From IMG/VR virus record IMGVR_UViG_3300033076_001413, positions 1 to 27,183 of that record: a DNA stretch of 27,183 nt, one strand, 5' to 3'. The notes beneath the pieces were generated by a model, which saw only the letters and a program-made list of their open reading frames with translations, did not search any database and was not told the DNA's origin. This document shows positions 25,511 through 27,183 of the stretch, piece by piece; the first letter of the stretch is position 1; each line of letters starts with the position of its first letter. Made by a program: the position numbers and the translations under genes. Source of the DNA: a virus (Duplodnaviria > Caudoviricetes).

Positions 25511-25908
25511 TGAACAGTGGTGTTCTTGGTTTTCCTGCGCAGCGAGCAGATGTTTCAACGCCAAACGTGCGGGCTGTGTTGAAACTCGACGGAACAGGAT
25601 TGACCATTGATGGCGCCGGTCCAACAGCTGGAAAATCCTACGGCGCAGGAGCGATAAAAAGCGCAGTAAATATCGAAAAAGTGGTTTACAATGCAGCCGG
25701 AGATTTCACGGTGCATTTCATCAATCCTCCCGAAAGTCAACATTACGTCATGATGGGCATGGCGCGAAGCCAGGGCGGCACAGATTACTTTGTGCAGATT
25801 AGCGAAAACGATACTGACCTGCGCGATCGCAAGCGCGTAGAAACATTAGCAAGAAGTGCCGGAACGCCGTCCAATATCACCGAGGTGCATCTGGTGTTCT
25901 TTTGGTAA
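25510..25908 (+). CDS. Tail fibre tip-like protein
   Basis: NIEKVVYNAAGDFTVHF...Y pattern resembles fibre C-terminal domains. Confidence 0.5.
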   Translation: MNSGVLGFPAQRADVSTPNVRAVLKLDGTGLTIDGAGPTAGKSYGAGAIKSAVNIEKVVYNAAGDFTVHFINPPESQHYVMMGMARSQGGTDYFVQISENDTDLRDRKRVETLARSAGTPSNITEVHLVFFW

Positions 25909-25939
25909 CTTGAAATAACGTGCGAGAGTGAATTGAATT

Positions 25940-26977
25940 ATGGCAAGCGACAGCATCGGAACGGACATGGCGCTGGCCGGGTTATCCGGCGGCACGTCAT
26001 CCATCATCGACATGTTCAGCGGCAAGATGCCTTTCTCCGGCCTTTTCGGTGGGAAGGAGAAACCCAAGCCGTGGGCCAAGATGCCCGGCGGACGCAATGA
26101 GTATCGCGGCAAGAAACTGCTCAATGCCTACAACGCGCTCCTGCCCGGCACGCTGGACATCACGCGCAAATCGAGCGAAGGCTTTGGCGACATCTACCGG
26201 GCGGAAGCAGAGAAGACGCGCGCGGAGGATCTTTCGAGCTTCCAGAAATACGGACCGGCCTACGCCAAGGCGATTAGCGAAGCGGACCCGTATCAGGCTG
26301 AGTTGCGCAGTCTCATCAACAGCATCGTGATGGATGAACTGAATGCGGGTGGGGACTTGAGCCCGGCGCAATTGCGGCTGACGCAACAGACCACGCGCGG
26401 CGCCCAGGCGGCCCGCGGCATGGGCTTTGGCATGGGCGACAGCTTGCGCGAAGTGCTTGGCACGCTCGATTACAGCCGCGGACTCAAGAACGAACGGCTG
26501 AACAACGCGCTTCAGGTGGGCAACTTCAACCAGCGCGTGGTGGGTGACCCGTTCATGGCGTTCTCCGGACGGCCCTCGCAACCGCAGGGCAGCAACGTGA
26601 TGGCGCCGCAGTATTCGGATTTCAACAATGACTTGTCGTCGTTCATGGCCAACGACGAAATGATGGCGTTCAACGCCGGACAGAACAGCAAGAACCGCAC
26701 AAGCGCCATGGTGGGCGCGGGCATTGGTGCGCTGGGCAGCATTGCCGGCGGTGCCATGCTGTGCTGGGTGGCGCGAGCGGTGTATGGCGAGGAAAACCCG
26801 TTGTGGCAGAAGTTCCGCGACTGGCTCACCACCAAGGCGCCCGAGGACGTGCGCGACCTCTACATCACCATCGGCCCGAAGCTGGCCGAGCGCGTGGCGC
26901 AACGCCCGAAACTCAAGGCCGCGCTGCGGCGGGTGATGGATGAGAAGATTGCGGAAATGGAATTCAACCACGGATGA
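25940..26977 (+). CDS. Putative ejection (DNA transfer) protein with C-terminal CWVAR domain
   Basis: AQAARGMG, Gly/Ala-rich GAGIGALGSIAGG segment, then CWVARAVYG..NP.W..FR.W; located after the tail genes. Confidence 0.65.
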   Translation: MASDSIGTDMALAGLSGGTSSIIDMFSGKMPFSGLFGGKEKPKPWAKMPGGRNEYRGKKLLNAYNALLPGTLDITRKSSEGFGDIYRAEAEKTRAEDLSSFQKYGPAYAKAISEADPYQAELRSLINSIVMDELNAGGDLSPAQLRLTQQTTRGAQAARGMGFGMGDSLREVLGTLDYSRGLKNERLNNALQVGNFNQRVVGDPFMAFSGRPSQPQGSNVMAPQYSDFNNDLSSFMANDEMMAFNAGQNSKNRTSAMVGAGIGALGSIAGGAMLCWVARAVYGEENPLWQKFRDWLTTKAPEDVRDLYITIGPKLAERVAQRPKLKAALRRVMDEKIAEMEFNHG

Positions 26978-27097
26978 ACACGGATAGACACGGATTATCA
27001 AAACGCTTGCAAGCCGGAGGCGGAACCGGATGGTTAAACGCTAACGATGGTAAAGTGTCCATCAGCAATCCGCGTTCATCTGTGTCCATCCGTGGTT
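26966..27097. repeat. 31-bp imperfect inverted repeat built from 10-bp tandem units
   Basis: AACCACGGATGAACACGGATAGACACGGATT (26966-26996) versus AATCCGCGTTCATCTGTGTCCATCCGTGGTT (27067-27097); 26/31 match. Confidence 0.85.
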
Positions 27098-27114
27098 AAA
27101 ACCAACTAGACTTT

Positions 27115-27183
27115 ATGGCGATTCAAATGTGGACCGATTTTCGGGCGGACCAGAACTTGAGGCAGGGGTATGACCGTCTGGGC
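27115..27183 (+). CDS. Start of next gene (truncated), possibly a second ejection protein
   Basis: ATG 27115 is open to the window end (MAIQMWTDFRADQNLRQGYDRLG). Confidence 0.5.
   Translation, partial: MAIQMWTDFRADQNLRQGYDRLG

Larger units (their letters stand above)
1..27183 (+). mobile_element. Tailed phage/prophage genome segment (podovirus-like), no host genes seen
   Basis: Co-directional helicase, terminase, portal, scaffold, major capsid, adaptor, nozzle and ejection-like genes with tight or overlapping start/stop codons. Confidence 0.93.

Noticed and set aside
1525-27001. Long - strand ORFs (e.g. 1525-2514, 2472-3857, 5825-8008, 8102-9943, 13464-15260, 22146-23573)
   Set aside because: These are antisense shadows of GC-rich + strand genes with no recognisable motifs

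Overview
The window is a single + strand segment of a tailed phage or prophage genome with podovirus-like gene order. The host is probably Verrucomicrobiota, inferred from protein C-terminal motifs and intergenic repeat types. The left 2.6 kb is the highlight: an apparently complete integron inside the phage genome. It has an IntI-type integrase (1645-2595), an attI core (1610-1628) and at least four cassettes with attC sites on the - strand. The cassette genes are inverted relative to their attC sites, and most start and/or stop inside the attC hairpins with a fixed reading frame across the crossover, so they form a translationally coupled operon running into intI and a helicase. The attI-proximal cassette carries a Mom-like DNA adenine hypermodification gene with a tRNA-Gly-like cloverleaf (8-nt anticodon loop, bulged T-stem) in its 5' end. 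Downstream are a helicase lacking its primase domains, a split large terminase, portal, scaffold, SU10-type major capsid and an adaptor with carbohydrate-binding repeats. These are followed by a cluster of signal-peptide-bearing proteins (beta-helix, LamG, FN3), holin-like genes, an outer-membrane beta-barrel, a tail nozzle, fibre-like genes and ejection-like proteins. All calls were made by eye from motifs and synteny; no database searches were run.
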